DNA of 64,000 nucleotides from Lama guanicoe (lineage: Eukaryota), in the NCBI GenBank assembly GCA_013239625.1, contig MU054001.1, positions 620,001 to 684,000 on the forward strand, given 5' to 3'. The position numbers and the translations under genes were made by a program. Positions 12,700 through 25,719 of the stretch are shown here, in pieces (position 1 is the first letter of the stretch; each line of letters starts with the position of its first letter). Under the pieces are notes generated by a model. That model saw only the letters and a list, made by a program, of their open reading frames with translations, ran no database searches and had not been told where the DNA came from.

Positions 12700-14655
12700 C
12701 AAAAAAGTAAAAAATATAAAAGCAACCCTCCCACTTCACACATACATGAATGTTGGTGAACATAATTCCTCCTCCTCAATTTTTAATACAATTTAAAACT
12801 CGAAATCAAGAAAAGGTAATCCTCAAGTGCCAGAAACAAAGAGAAGACTCAAAGGTACAGTGATAAGAGGGAGGTGAAATGGAAATGCTCACATGTGAAT
12901 CAGGAGGAGAGCGAGGCCTTAGCAGCCAAGGCTTTGAAGCTCCATGAGCAGAATCATGTAGGCCTGAGTCCCATGAGACCAGAATCAGGACCCAGGCTCC
13001 CCGCACACCTGCAGAAAGCCAGGAGTCTTGAAGAGTTTATCTAGCATCTTCTGAATCGGGGACAAAAGAAACCATCCACTGGCCTAGGGGAATAGCAGAA
13101 AAGTTTGTAATTTTCTTGGGCTGTGTAATAATAAGAATCACACACACACAAAAAAAGGAAATTTGTGCCGCAAGTGGTGTAAAGCCTGAATTCCTATTAC
13201 TCATGGGCTATGGGGACCCAAAACTAAGAAATTATCCTAAAATCTTGTCCAGAATTGGTAATTGTAAAAACACTCCAAAAGGATGTTTCAGAGCACATGA
13301 GACTTCTGTGGACTCCCCTTTCAAGCTCATCTCCATGAAGAGGAGTTTACAGAAAGAATAAAAGAAAATTAAAAAAAAAAAGAAATTACAGGAAACATCA
13401 ACCACAATGAAATGGAGCCAACAGATGAACAAATGAGAGAACTTGTATCTCAAGAACTGGAAATACCAGAATAACCATCTAAAAAAAGACTTTACAATAA
13501 GCAAAAACAAAAAAAGTATTTCAAGACACGGAGAAAGGAATAGTAGTTACAAACCAAGAATAAAAGTGTTTGAAAACAGGCAGATTTGAGGGGAAAAAAA
13601 TCTAAAAATGAAAAATACAGTGATTGAAATGAAAACCTAATAGACCAGTTGGACTGCGAAGTAGATCTGACTGCTGAGAGGTTAAGTGAATTGGAAGACG
13701 CACTGCAGGAAATCACCCAGCATATAACACAAAAGATAAAGAGATGAAAAATATGGAAGTTGATCAAACGGTCTATGTCTGTTAAAAGTTCCAAAGGGAA
13801 AAAATAGAAAGAGATAAACGCAAGTAGATAGTAGTCAATCATTTCCATTATCTAAGACATGAATCTTTAAGGAAGCACACCAGTCTCATGCAGTATAATT
13901 AAAAACAAGCCCACTTTTAAACACAGCAGTACAGTTGCAAACTATCAACCTTAAGAGCTACCAGAGAGAAAAAACAAACTACCTTCAAATGAATGCCAGT
14001 TAGATTGAGGGCATACTTCTCAAAGCAACAATAAGTAGGCAGAATACAGCTGTTATGTTATAAATATAGTTAGAATGCACAGAAATAATGCACTTAAATT
14101 TCTGAGAGAAAATCTGTCATTCCAGAGTGAAAGTAAAATAAAGTCAATTTCAGATGGAAATGACTATTTTGGCCCCCAGTTCTTTGGCGTGTAGTACATG
14201 AAGATTTACTTTGGCAAGAAAAGAAGAAGTGGGATGCAAGAAATATTTTTTAAATGGATAAATAAGTTGGTCAATCTAAACAAACACTTAATAGTATAAT
14301 TTAAAATGCCCCCTTTATGAGTTTTAAAAATAAGAGAGGAGTCAGTTTCTAAGTAATAAAACCATGGAAGATGAGAAAGCAGATCAGAGTTGAAGCATTT
14401 ATTATTTAGAAGGAGGTAAGTGATAGTAATTAATTCTAAACTTTAATTTAGGTGTGACTATGAATGCAAGGGTAACCATAATAGAATAGAAACAGGACGC
14501 ATAATTTGTGTACCAGCAGAAGAAAAATATAAAAATACGAACTGGAACACTACCCTCCAAATCATGACGGTGGTCTTCCCTTGGGAAAAAGAAGAGGTGA
14601 TGGCGACCAGCAGGGGCTGGGGAGTAAAGGACACGTCAACTTTATTTGAAATGTT
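12700..14655 (+). mobile_element. Ancient L1 (L1ME/L1M5-type): 5' region, ORF1 remnant and 3'-end fragment
   Basis: A-rich with ORF1-like motifs (gtgaattggaagac...aggaaatcacccagcat, cttaagagctaccagagagaaaaaacaaactaccttcaaa, aaagtcaatttcagatg). L1ME-like 3' end near 14540-14655. Confidence 0.7.
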
Positions 14656-14719
14656 CAACAATTTAAAAACACTTAGAAACATGTCTTCTTTTTCCCTTTG
14701 CCTCTGGGATATGCTTAGC

Positions 14720-15182
14720 ATTTCCCCTGATATCCAAGGTCCCTCAGAATCTGCCTCTGTCCTTCAGTCAGCCCAGCTCTCTTTCCTCCTCCCAACACAT
14801 ACTTTTCATCTCCATTTAGCCTGTCTCCTCATTTTTCATACACCCTCTGCTTATGTTAGGATTCATGTCTCTGTTGTCCAAATCCTGCCAGACCTTAAAG
14901 ACCCTTCTTCCTATCATCCAGTATTGACAACAACAAACAGAACTGTCTGTAGCACATAGTATGTAATTATATTCTGTTTAGCTCTCTTATTATTATAGAA
15001 TTATCTTATATTTTATATCTCTTTTTAATTGTTTTCTTTTACTCAGTATTTCCCCCAAAAGATTATAGAATCTCCGAGGTCAAGAACTGTGGTGTTTATT
15101 ATACCCTGCCCTGGAATCCCTCATGGCATGTTCCACAGCTAAACACATTGTAAAAGCTCAGGATATGTTTGTTAAATTGAAA
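14720..15182 (+). mobile_element. L2 LINE 3' region
   Basis: gattatagaatctccgaggtcaagaactgtg...gctcaggatatgtttgttaaattgaa (L2 terminus). Confidence 0.55.
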
Positions 15183-15344
15183 GCAGTCCCTCTGATGGAA
15201 AGGCAACGGAGAAAAGAAACTGACCAAGCAAGTTCTGAACATTCTTTGGTGGGTAAAATTGTACCGACAAAACAATTATATAAGTTACCTATTTCAATGT
15301 TGTCTATTAATCTCAGTGATCTGGAAGGTATTTGAGATTCAGAA

Positions 15345-15570
15345 AAAGGTGGTAAAGAATGTGGGCTTTGGTTTCAGACAGACTTGCTTTGAGTATCAGT
15401 TTAACCATGTAATTACTATCTTTAAGACTATATGTAGGCAATCTAACTAGTTTGAGTCAATTTCTTCTTGTGTAAAAAGGGGGAAACAGTTCTCACATGG
15501 AAATCACTTACCACTGCCAATGGAACATAGTAAAAGCACTCAGTAAGCATGAGCTGGGATTATTATTACC
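15345..15570 (+). mobile_element. MIR SINE
   Basis: gtggtaaagaatgtgggctttggtttcagacagacttgctttgag...caatttcttcttgtgtaaaaaggg...gcactcagtaagcatgagct. Confidence 0.75.
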
Positions 15571-15649
15571 TAAAATATATAAACCCAAAGTCATGCAGGA
15601 GAAAACCCAGTTGTCCCCCATCCTGTTGCCAGCCCATGACAGTACTGCA

Positions 15650-15982
15650 TGTATCTGCCCTCCAGAAGCTAAGTGTTGCCATGTTGCTTGCGTGTCCCAA
15701 TGAAATGTAGGCATGAAGACATATGTGATTTCCTACAGAATTTGTTAAGACCTGCTGAGTAATTCACCACTTCCGCTTCCCCTACATGTGGACCCTAGAA
15801 GCACACGTTGAGATGAAACCTTTGCCAGCCTGGAGCCTGTAATGATCATGCTGAAGAAAGCTGTCCTGCAACCCAGCTGGACATAAAATGAATAAGAAAC
15901 AAATTTTTTGCTGTGTTAACCCCCCTCAGATTTTGGAGTTTTTTGTTTCTGCATCAAAATCTAGCCCATCCTGACTAATAAA
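15650..15982 (+). mobile_element. MLT1 (MaLR) LTR
   Basis: agaagcacacgttgagatg...gccagcctggagcc...aataagaaacaaattttttgctgtgttaac...tctagcccatcctgactaata. Confidence 0.7.
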
Positions 15983-16409
15983 ATACAACAAAGGTTATAG
16001 TAACCACCCACCACCCCCGCGCTTCAGAAAAAAACATCTAGAGCCATGCTTGAGAACCCTTTTGCTCTTACTTAAGAACACTTCTCTCCAACTTGTTTAT
16101 GTGGTTTCCCATCTCACAGGACATTTGGCGCAAAATACTAGAGGTGATACGACGAGAAGTAGGCACTGACCCCAATGAGAAGGAAGAATTGCTGAGCCCA
16201 GGAAAACTGATAAGATAAGGAACTCAAAAAGCGTGATGATCTAGGGCCATTTTGGGTAGGGGGAATTAACAATGCTTCCTAAGAAGCTTCTGAAGGCATC
16301 TCTGTTGTCACAGCAATACTTTTTCAGTTTATTATAGTTTTATTACATTTTAATTTTGCTTATTCATTTTCTTTATTTTATTGTACATTTAGTTTTTATG
16401 ACACTTTTT

Positions 16410-16620
16410 TTTTTTAAATGCTTAAGATCTCTCAAGCATCATGCTGAACACTTTAAATACATAGCAGGTCACTTAACACTCCCAGCATCTCTCAGAGGCA
16501 GCAGGTTCTACTCCCCTTCTATGGCAGCACTCAGAGATTTGTAGGTGCTCAAAGATTCATGGGCTGCATCAGAGTTTCAGGGGAACCCAGCCTGACATCA
16601 GGGTCTTTTCACCATCATGC
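16410..16620 (-). mobile_element. MIR SINE (degraded)
   Basis: caagcatcatgctgaacactttaaatacatag...cactcagagatttg...gaacccagcctgac. Confidence 0.5.
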
Positions 16621-18030
16621 CTCTCACGCATTAGCATAATGCCATAGGGTGACCCCCACAAGGCTAAATTATGTTTCAGGAAAGTCTATTTTAAAAGCCT
16701 GGGAGACATGTGTAACATTTTGGGAATTTTTCTGTAAAAAAAAAAAAAATTCAATTTTAACAAGTGCTGGTGCTTCAAAGGGTAGAAAGCTTGGGTTATC
16801 AGGAAAAGCCACATGTGGGAAGCAGCTCTCTCTCTAACAGTGTGAGATAAATGAGACAGTCTTGAATTTCAATGATCTTATAAATGCAAGAGGGGTGATA
16901 AATATAAATCTATTAAAGCTCTTTCATTTAGAACAAGGAATCTATATTCTTTGACATATATATATATAACTTTTTTTTTTTTACTACATCTTTTAAACAG
17001 AAAAAGTTGCTGGTCACTGATGAGTCACTACCTTGGTTCTTTGCAAGGAGAGGAGACAGAACTCCTGGTGGGGGGTGGGGAGGCTGGAGGGAAGGTGACT
17101 TTCTCTGCTGCTGTCCACGTGGTTGCCAGAGAGGCCCCAGGTTACCATTTCATCTCTGTAGTTGTTTCCTTATGCGAAGGCTGCAGGCTGACACCCAGGG
17201 GTCTTCGCCATAAATGAAAAGAGCAGAGGATGACCAAGCGGGAAGCCCAGAGAAGTTTCTCCCATTCAATGGGCACTTGGCAGAGAGCATTTCTTATATG
17301 ACAACAGCATTTCACTCCTCACTGCTAGACTGAAATTTCTGGGGCTCAACTAAGCCGCTCTGGAAACCCACATTGTAACTCTGTACTGCAAACAAGGTTT
17401 CATTCTCAGTGGAAATTTGATTTTTGTTTTTATTTTTGTACGACCGTTCAACAGGGAAGTGAATGTATTTGTCATAAGAACTGTAGCCCTGTTGTTTAAA
17501 TGTCACAATGGCCATTTTAGTTCTCTGGAGGGGCTGGTAAGAATGCAGGGTCCCTTCCCTGAGCTTTCTGTGCCCCGTTACTGCGGGTGCAGTGTATTAA
17601 CATACCTTCAGAGCGGTTCAGATATGCCGGGGGTGGGGGGTGAGTGACTGCAAATGCTTACTATCAGGCTACTTCTGACAATTCCTAATGTAATCCATAT
17701 ACTACACATACATTCTAGTTACACAATTTATGAGGTATAACAAGGGGAGAGAAGTGAAGCTGGGATATAATTGTGACTGATGTGAAACAGACATGTAGAA
17801 TGAATGGCCTTACAACATTTTCTTTGAAGTTTGTTAAAAGCAGTAAAGTGATATTCACTATAAGTGAAACCTGCTGTTACCGATATCCACTGGCTTGGGG
17901 AACATTTTCTTTTTACTTTATTTCTTGAGTTTTAATCTGCCACTTGAAGTTTTCGGAATTTTTTTCTTTTGACGTGCAATGGAAGAGATGGGGATGAAAA
18001 TTGGGGAGCACACCTACTAAGTGTTGACAT

Positions 18031-18298
18031 CAGGGCTGGCTGACAGGCCACAGTGCCCAGGGCCCACAGAAATGTTTTAATTACTTTTCAAATCAGAAGA
18101 AAACAATGAGTATAATAATAATATAATATATTAACGTATTATCAACTCATGTAATAAAATTTAAAAATTATTATAATAATAATGAATATAGTAATGAATC
18201 CCACGTGGATTATATTTGTCTTTTAATCCTTTTTTATAGAGGAAGCAGTCTACAAAGGCAATGTGACAAGGGCCCACAGACTCCATAATGTGGCCCTG
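18031..18298 (-). mobile_element. hAT (Tip100-like) non-autonomous DNA transposon with AT-rich core
   Basis: Terminal inverted repeats cagggc.../...gccctg. Internal gggccc motifs (cacagtgcccagggcccacaga; aagggcccacaga). Same family as 33116-33362 in the opposite orientation. Confidence 0.7.
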
Positions 18299-18299
18299 C

Positions 18300-18470
18300 T
18301 TGGCAGAAATGATCTCATTTAATTCTCCTGAGTGATTCTAAAAGACTGGAAGACGCAGAGAAAGTGATGCTTCGAAGACCTAAGATATTTTCCTAAGGTC
18401 CTAAAACTAGGAAGTGGTAGAGGTAGGTTTTAGGTAGGTTTTAAGACTGTTATTTAAGTCTTTCCACTGA
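18300..18470 (-). mobile_element. MIR SINE fragment
   Basis: atgatctcatttaattctcc...cctaaggtcctaaaactaggaagtggtagag. Confidence 0.5.
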
Positions 18471-18807
18471 AGAAGAGCCTAATGTGTACACAATTCTACA
18501 TGGGCACACATGGCATTAGGAGTGAAAACGTCACATATATTTGGTACCAAAGAAATGAATGGAAAATCAATTCTGAGGATGGTATGTATTTTTCCATACA
18601 ATATAGGAAGATGTCTAGAAGTATACGTAACACAGATGTCCCCAAGTTTACCAGCTTCAAGGTCAAGACTTCTCTTTAATACTCAAATGATAATCTAAGC
18701 CCCCAAAGGAAGTCTGGTCTTTGTCCTATCACTATCACCTCCCCCACCTTTCTCTTGGGGCCAGTGAAGTGTTCCTGTAACCAGTCCTGGTTAATATTCA
18801 AGGTCTC

Positions 18808-18937
18808 GGGTCGGGGGCCAGGGTATATCTCAGTGGTAGAGTGTGCTCAGCATGTATGAGGTCCTGGGTTCAATCCCTAGTGCCGCCATTAAAAATAAAT
18901 AAATAACTAAATCTAATTACCACCCCCCAACCCCCAA
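18808..18937 (+). mobile_element. tRNA-derived SINE, Vic-1 type (long-tail form)
   Basis: agggtatatctcagtggtagagtgtgctcagcatgtatgaggtcctgggttcaatccctag, then (AAAT)n, then aaatctaattaccacccc. TSD aatattcaaggtctc (18793-18807) / aacactgaaggtctc (18938-18952). Confidence 0.9.
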
Positions 18938-19147
18938 AACACTGAAGGTCTCAGCTGGCTGCCTCTCCCCACTTTGGAAAGTCACTTTTGGGCTGGTTGG
19001 CACACCTTTCTCCTCACACGTGGATGCGTGCCCATCCCTTTATTTCCCAAAGCACAGCTAAGACAGAGCTGGGACTTCCAACCCAAGTTTACTGGAGTCT
19101 TGGGGGCATCAGTAGCACAACACAAAGGAGACCATCTGACTAATACC

Positions 19148-19255
19148 CACGTTGATCAAGTGGCCCAATTTGCCCAGAACCAAAGAAGTTCTCAGGAAAT
19201 TATACCTTTAAAACTGTGCCAGTCCTGGGCAAACCTGGACAAGTTGTTCACTCTA
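19148..19255. mobile_element. MER81-like hAT-Blackjack MITE
   Basis: ggcccaatttgcccagaac...aaaactgtgccagtcctgggcaaacctggacaagttgttcactcta. Imperfect palindrome, same family as 41896-41997. Confidence 0.6.
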
Positions 19256-20810
19256 CCAGTAAATACTACAGGGGTCTCCTCTTGCACCCACAGCCCTGAC
19301 TTGACCTCACTTAGGGCTTCATCTTGGCTATTGGTCTACCTCCACTTGGCTAAACTGGTGTTTCCTATCCCTGTCACCTCCAAGGATGCTCCTTCCTTGG
19401 ATTCCAGACCCAACTTTTCTTGACCTCAGAGAGAGGAAGAAATCTTTCCTCTAGTTTAAGACCAGCCTCCTCTCCTGCCCCAGCCTGATTAATAACAGGA
19501 ACATCTCCTCCCTTGCTGGGAAAGGCCTGTGCTCCTCCATTAGGATGTCATTAAATCCTCATGGCCTGGACAAGACAAACCCAGAAGTCCACATTCTTGT
19601 CACGTCTCTTGGCCTGATAGATGAAAGGGAGATTGGGTCATCTCCATAATTTGTAATCTCGTGTGAGCAATGTTTAGGTTAAAACAGAGACACATCTCCC
19701 AGCTGGGGGAAAAGTGCTCTTCAGGCAAATATCAGTCTAAATCCAGATTTCACGAGAAAAGAGGTTGACAACTCCCCAGAAGCACAGTGAGGAACTCAGT
19801 GCCTCAGTGTCAAGCATCTCCATTTTGGTTACTGTGTGGATTCAGGATTTTTCCCAAGAACAGTGGGTACGTGTATGTCTTATATACATTGTTGACTAAA
19901 ACAACCTTCAAATGGGACCTCCCTGGAAAAAAGGAAAGTTCTTTTCCAACACTAATTCCAAATCCTAGAATTTAGCAACGTTTGTGATTCCAAAATGATG
20001 GCTTTCCAATTTTGAAAATTTAAAACTTAGGTCTACTAAGAACCCCATTACAGGTAGAATCAGAGATTGCTGAGAGATGACAAAATTTGTAACAATGTAA
20101 TTAAGTGTCACATGAGTTGACAATATCACAAAACTAAGAGGCCATCTTGGGCAAAATGATAGGAAATTTAATATTTCTGCAAGGGAAGGAAAGTAAGGGA
20201 AATGAGACAAAATAAAGTTAAGAAGGGTGATTTTAAAAGACTTTTTACTGAGTTGGTGAAGCTGTAAGAGGGTGTTCATCAGAGTCTACAGCATTAACTT
20301 TACTAAACTTACATCTTAAATATCATCATTGACCATCTTTTCTCTCTATCATTATTATGTACCTGTTCCAGTTTTTTGACTAAAGATTATGTTTTGCAGG
20401 GGATGTTAAACTGAAATCAAAAATCAAATCACCTGTTTTAATAATTTTGCTATCACTCTATCTATTAAATATTGTTTTTCCTTCTTTTTCTCTGTAGATA
20501 ATCTCAAGAAATACAGGATAAAATAGATGTTTAACTAAATTTCCAAGTAGACCTAAGAAATTTGTTGTGCTGGGGCCTGGAGAGCCTTAGGAACACATGA
20601 ATCCAGGGGTTAGGGAAGAGTAGGGTCAAAAGGAAAAATAATACAGAGAGTTTTTGCCTTGGTGAGAAGTCAGAACTCCAGAAACTGCAGAAGTGAGGTA
20701 TCAGAGCAAACGTGGATTGCCACGGCAATCAGACAAGAAATAAAAGGAACTCAAATTTGGAAAGAAAGATGTAAAATTGTCACTGTTGGCAGATGACCTG
20801 GTACTACACA

Positions 20811-21738
20811 CAGTTGACCCTTGAACAACACGAGGGCTAGGGGAGCCAATCCCCTGCATTGTTGAAAATCTCTGTATAACTTTTGACTGCCCCAAAACTT
20901 AACCATCAATAGCTTACTGTTGGCTGGAAGCCTTACTAATAACATGAACAGTCGATTAACACATATTTTATATGTTATATACATTATATACTGTATTCTT
21001 ACAACGAAGTAACCTGGAGAAAAGAAAATATTTTTAGGAAAACCAGAAGGAAGAGAAGACATTTACAGCCTTGTACTATATTTTTCAATACTGTTAATTT
21101 TATGTCATCCATTTACAAGATGAACTGTCTACCTGTCAGTACCTACATCAATATTGGCTTATATGATACAAAACACAGTAGATACAAGGTACATGTTACC
21201 AATACCAGATACTGAAAATGAAAAGATAATGTGAAAAAGAAATGTATATTTCTTTACGGGTATAATGATTCATGCATTGATAACAAAGGAGCAGAGATAC
21301 GATTGGTTCATGTTAGCCTCGTGTAACTGATACAATTGTTTCATGGTAGCCTAGCCTATACACGAATGAACGAATTGCTATAAAATTTTTATGGCATACA
21401 GTATTACAATCATATTCATAATACAGTATTGAACCCATTGTTACATTATTTTAAAAGCCACTCTTACCTGTGATGATAAGCTGAGAAGCAGTTTCTCCAG
21501 TTATGAGAGAGAAGCATTCTGTACAGTAATGTAATTCTCTGAAAGCAAAGATATAAAACAGTAAGAAAAGTAACACATTGTTAATTTTATATTAAATATC
21601 ACTCACCTATCCTATGTTAAGAATAGGCTATCCACTTCAATACAACTCTTACACATACATTTTTGTACATTTATTGAAAAAAATCCACATATAAGTGGAT
21701 CTGTGCAGTTCAAACTTGTATTGTTCAAAGGTCACCTG
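20811..21738 (-). mobile_element. Tigger2-family (TcMar) internally deleted DNA transposon
   Basis: TIRs cagttgacccttgaacaacac (20811) / gtattgttcaaaggtcacctg (to 21738), flanked by CA/TA (decayed TA TSD). The Tigger2 5' sequence aaaatccacatataagtggatctgtgcagttcaaac lies at the right end. Confidence 0.9.
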
Positions 21739-21815
21739 TATAGAAAATCCTGAAGACATCATGGAAAAACTGTTAGAATAAATTGATTCAGTAAATTTGC
21801 AGGATAAAAAATTAA

Positions 21816-21867
21816 CATACAGAAATCTGTTGCATTTCCATACAGAAATCTGTTGCATTTCCATACA
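21816..21867 (+). repeat. Perfect 23-bp tandem duplication inside L1 ORF2
   Basis: catacagaaatctgttgcatttc x2, followed by cataca. Confidence 0.95.
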
Positions 21868-23744
21868 CTAACAACAACCTATCAGAAAGAGAAATTAAGA
21901 AAACAAGCTCGTTTACAGTTGCATCAAAAAGGATAAAATACCTAGGAATAAATCTAGTCCAGGAGGTAAAAGGCTTGTACTCAGAAGTTATGACATTGAT
22001 GAAAGAAATTGAAGACAACACAAGCAAATGGAAAGATATTATGTGCTTATGGATTTATGTTGTTATGGAATTGATGTTGTTAAAATGACCATACTACCTA
22101 AAGCAATCTCTGCATTCAGTGTAATCCCTATCAAAATACCAATGGCATTTTTCACAGAAGTAGAACAAATAATTTTAAAATTTATATAGAAAAAGAAAAG
22201 ACTCTGAATAGTTAAAAATCTTGAGAAAGAAGAACAAAGAACAAAGCTGGGGGCAGCACACTTCCTCATTCCTTATACTACAAAGGTACAGTAATCAAAA
22301 CTGTATGGTATTGGCACAAAATCAGACACATAGATCAATGGAACAGAATAGAGAGCCCAGAAATGAACCTGCACTTATATGGTCAATTAATTTACAGCAA
22401 AGGAGGCAAGAATCCTCTTTAGTAAATGGTGGTGGGAAACCTGGACAGCTACAGGCAAAAAATCAGCCTGGACTACTTTATCACACCATATACAAAAATA
22501 AACTCAAAATGGCTTATAGACTTAAATGTAAGACCTGAAACCATAAAACTCCTAGAAGAAGACATAGACAGTATGCTCTTTGAATCAGTCCTAGCAATAT
22601 TTTTTTGGATCTGCCTCCTTAGGCAAGGGAAACAAAAGCAAAAATAAACAAGTGGGGCTATATCAAACTAAAAAGCTTTTGCACAGTGAAGGAAATTATC
22701 AACAAAAGAAAAAGGCAGCCTACCAAATGGGAGAAGATATTTGCAAACAATATGTCCAATAAAGGGTTAAAATCCAAAATATACAAAGAATTGATAAACT
22801 CAACATCAGAAAACAAACAACTAGATTAAAAGATGCAAAGAGGACCTTATTAGATATTTTCCCAAAGCATACATACAGATGGCCAACAAGTACATGAAAT
22901 AGTACTCAGCATCACTAATCATCAAGGAAATGCAAATCAAAACCACAATGAGGTATCATCTTACACCTTTCAGAATGGCTATTATCAAAAAGACAACAAA
23001 GAACAAGTGTCGGAGAGAATGCGGGAAAAAGAGAACCCTTGGACACTGTTGGTTTCATTGTTCATTGGTGCAGCCACTACAGAAAACAGTATGGAGGTTC
23101 CTCAAAAAATTAAAAATAGAACTGTCATCTGCCATATGATCTAGCAATTTCACTTCTGGGTATTTACCCAAAGAAAACAAGAACACTAATTCAAAAAGAT
23201 ATATGCACTCCAATGTTCATTGCAGCATTATTTACCATAGCCAAGATATGAAAGCAACTTAATGGTCTGTCAACAGAAAGATGTATAAAGAAGATGTGAT
23301 ATATATGACTATTGCTCATAAAAATGAAATCTTGTCAGTTGCAAAACATAAATGGATATAGAGAATCTTATGCTGAGTAAAATTGAGTCAGACAGACAGA
23401 GACAAATACTGTACGATCTCACTTTTATGTGGAATCTGAAAAACTAAACACACAAACAAAACAAAATGAAAACAGACTCACAGAGAACAAATGGGCAGTT
23501 GCCAGAAGGGAGCAGTAGGAGGGGTGGGCGAAATAGGTAAAGGGGACTAAAACACATAAACTTCGAGTTATAGAATAAATGAGTCACAAGGGTGCAGTGT
23601 ACAGCATAAGAAATATGGTCAATTATACTGTAATAACTCTGCATGAGGACAAATCATGATGATCATTTCATAACATGTGCAAATATCAAATCATTACGTA
23701 GTACACCTGAAAATAACATAATCTTGTACATCAACTATATTTAG

Positions 23745-25710
23745 GAAATCAATAGAGTATGCCTGAATACTGTAAGGATAGTATAAGAAAACAGTGTAAG
23801 AATAGACTGATCAGTGAGACCCAAGAGAGATCCCAGAAATAAACCCATATTTACACAACCAATTGACTTTTGACGATGTCACCAAAAGAATTCCATAAAT
23901 GAAAAACCTTCAACACATGATGCTGGAGTTAACTAAATATCTAAATGGAAAAAATAATGACACTTGACCCTTACCTCACACTGTATAAAAATGTTAATTT
24001 GGAATGGATCATAGACCTAATTGTAAGAACTAAAACTATAAAGTTCTTAGAATAAACCATAGGAGAAACTTTCTTTGACCTTGAGGTAGATAAAGATGTC
24101 ATAGAAAGGATACTAATTGAAATAACCATAATATTTAAAAAAATGATAAACCAGATTCCATCAAAATTTAAAATTTCTGCTTATCAAATCACATCAAATA
24201 TAGGAACAGACAAGCTACCAACTGGGTGAAAATATTCACAAAAAATATATGTGGCAAAGAACTTGTATCCAGTATTGAGAACGTGTATCTTTTATAACTC
24301 ATTACTAAAAAGACAACACAATTTCTTAAATGTGAAAAGACTTGAACAGGCAATTGCAATAGAAGAGAGACAAATGATTAATAAGCACACACAAAACACT
24401 CAACATCATTAGCCATCAGAAAAATATTTATTAAAACCATAATGATATACCACTCCACACCCACAATATAGATATGATTTTAAAACGTTGACAGTACCAA
24501 ATGTTAATGAGGATGTGGAGTGATCAGAATTTGAATACATCTCTGGTAAGAATTTAAAATGATATAACCACTTGGCAGACACTGAAATTTTTGATAAAGC
24601 TAAATATACATTTACTCTATGATCCAGTAATTCAATTCCTAGCTGTATTCTTAAAGGAACTAAAATACAGATTCATAAAAAGATGTGTATAAGAGTTTAC
24701 AGCAGCTTTATTCATAATAGCCCCCATTTGAAAACAGACCAAAAGTCCATCCTTGGGAAACTGGATCAACAAATTGTGATATATTCATAGAATAAAATAC
24801 TACTCAGCAATAAAAAGAAGCAACCTACATGAATGAATTTTAAAAACATTATGCCAAGCAAAAGAAGCCAGGCACAAGAAGTATGATTCCATCTATGTCA
24901 AGTTTTATAATAGGCAAAACTAACCTATGTTCTAAGATACATACTCAGGAGAACAGAAAACATGTTTACAAAAAAATAAAAACTTGTACACAAGTGTTCA
25001 TAGCAGAATTATTCATAAGAGCAAAAAAGTGGAAACAACCCAAGTATCCACCAATTGATGAGTGGGTAAACAAAATTGGTATATCCATACAGTGAAATAT
25101 TATTTAGCCATAAAAAATAAAGGATTGATACATACAACAATACAGCAAACCTTAAAAACATTATATTAAAAAAAAAGAAAAAAATTTACGTTTACTGAAA
25201 GCCAGACACAAAATGCCACATATTGCACAATTCCGTTTATATGAAAGGACCAGAACTGGCAAATCTGTACAGACAGAAAGTAGTTTAGTAGCTGCCAGGG
25301 CCTGGGTGGAGGTGGGATGGGGAGTGACTTCTAATGGGTATATAGTGTCTTTTCGGAGTGATGAAAATATTGTAAAATTACATAGTGGCAATGATTGTAC
25401 AACTTTGTGAACATAATAAATGCCATTGCACTGTACACTTTAAAAGAATGTGTTTTATCGTATGTGAATTATATCTCAGTGAAAAAAACTAATCTGTAGT
25501 GACAGAAACCTGAGTGATGGTTGCTTTGGAACAGGCTGTGGAAGGGGACCCACATGGAAGAGCTAGGAAGGAACTTTCTAGGATGATGGAAATGTTCCAT
25601 ATTTGGTTAGAAGTGTGAGTTATGTGGCTTTATGCATTTTTGAAAACTCATCAAACTATAACAAGTAAAAGCTGTGAATTTCACAGGTAGATTTTTGCCT
25701 CAGTGAAAAA
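23745..25710 (+). mobile_element. Older L1 (L1ME-like) ORF2 3' part and 3' UTR, split by an L1MB-like insertion
   Basis: cccagaaataaacccatat...ttgacccttacctcacactgtataaaaa...aatactactcagcaataaaaag. The 3' UTR resumes at 25485 (aactaatctgtagtgacagaaa...ggaactttctaggatgatggaaatgttc). Confidence 0.8.
24930..25484 (+). mobile_element. L1MB-like 3' end
   Basis: KKWKQPKYP..DEW ORF2 tail, then ggagtgacttctaatgggtat...ggagtgatgaaaatattgtaaaatt...gtatgtgaattatatctca. TSD aaaactaacctatg (24916-24929) / aaaactaatctgta (25485-25498). Confidence 0.85.
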
Positions 25711-25719
25711 CAAATAAAA

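Larger units (their letters stand above)
20717..23742 (+). mobile_element. 5'-truncated LINE-1 (Laurasiatherian-type): ORF2 RT to 3' UTR, interrupted by Tigger2
   Basis: Decayed ORF2 reads GKKDVKLSLLADDLVL (the FADD motif) up to 20810 and resumes IENPED at ~21740. ORF-track fragments include [10 protein letters not shown] and [13 protein letters not shown]...RMAIIKK. The 3' UTR ends ...acacctgaaaataacataatcttgtacatcaactata. Many stops and frameshifts. Confidence 0.95.

Noticed and set aside
18421..18442. Tandem AGGTAGGTTTT x2
   Set aside because: Trivial micro-duplication within a MIR remnant.
21816..21867. 23-bp direct repeat as a CRISPR-like unit
   Set aside because: Two adjacent copies with no spacer, inside an L1 in a mammalian genome. 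This is a simple slippage duplication.
22221..23139. ORFs with recognisable protein motifs ([23 protein letters not shown])
   Set aside because: These are frameshifted fragments of L1 ORF2, not a host gene. The same applies to 24883-25095 and 42242-42469.
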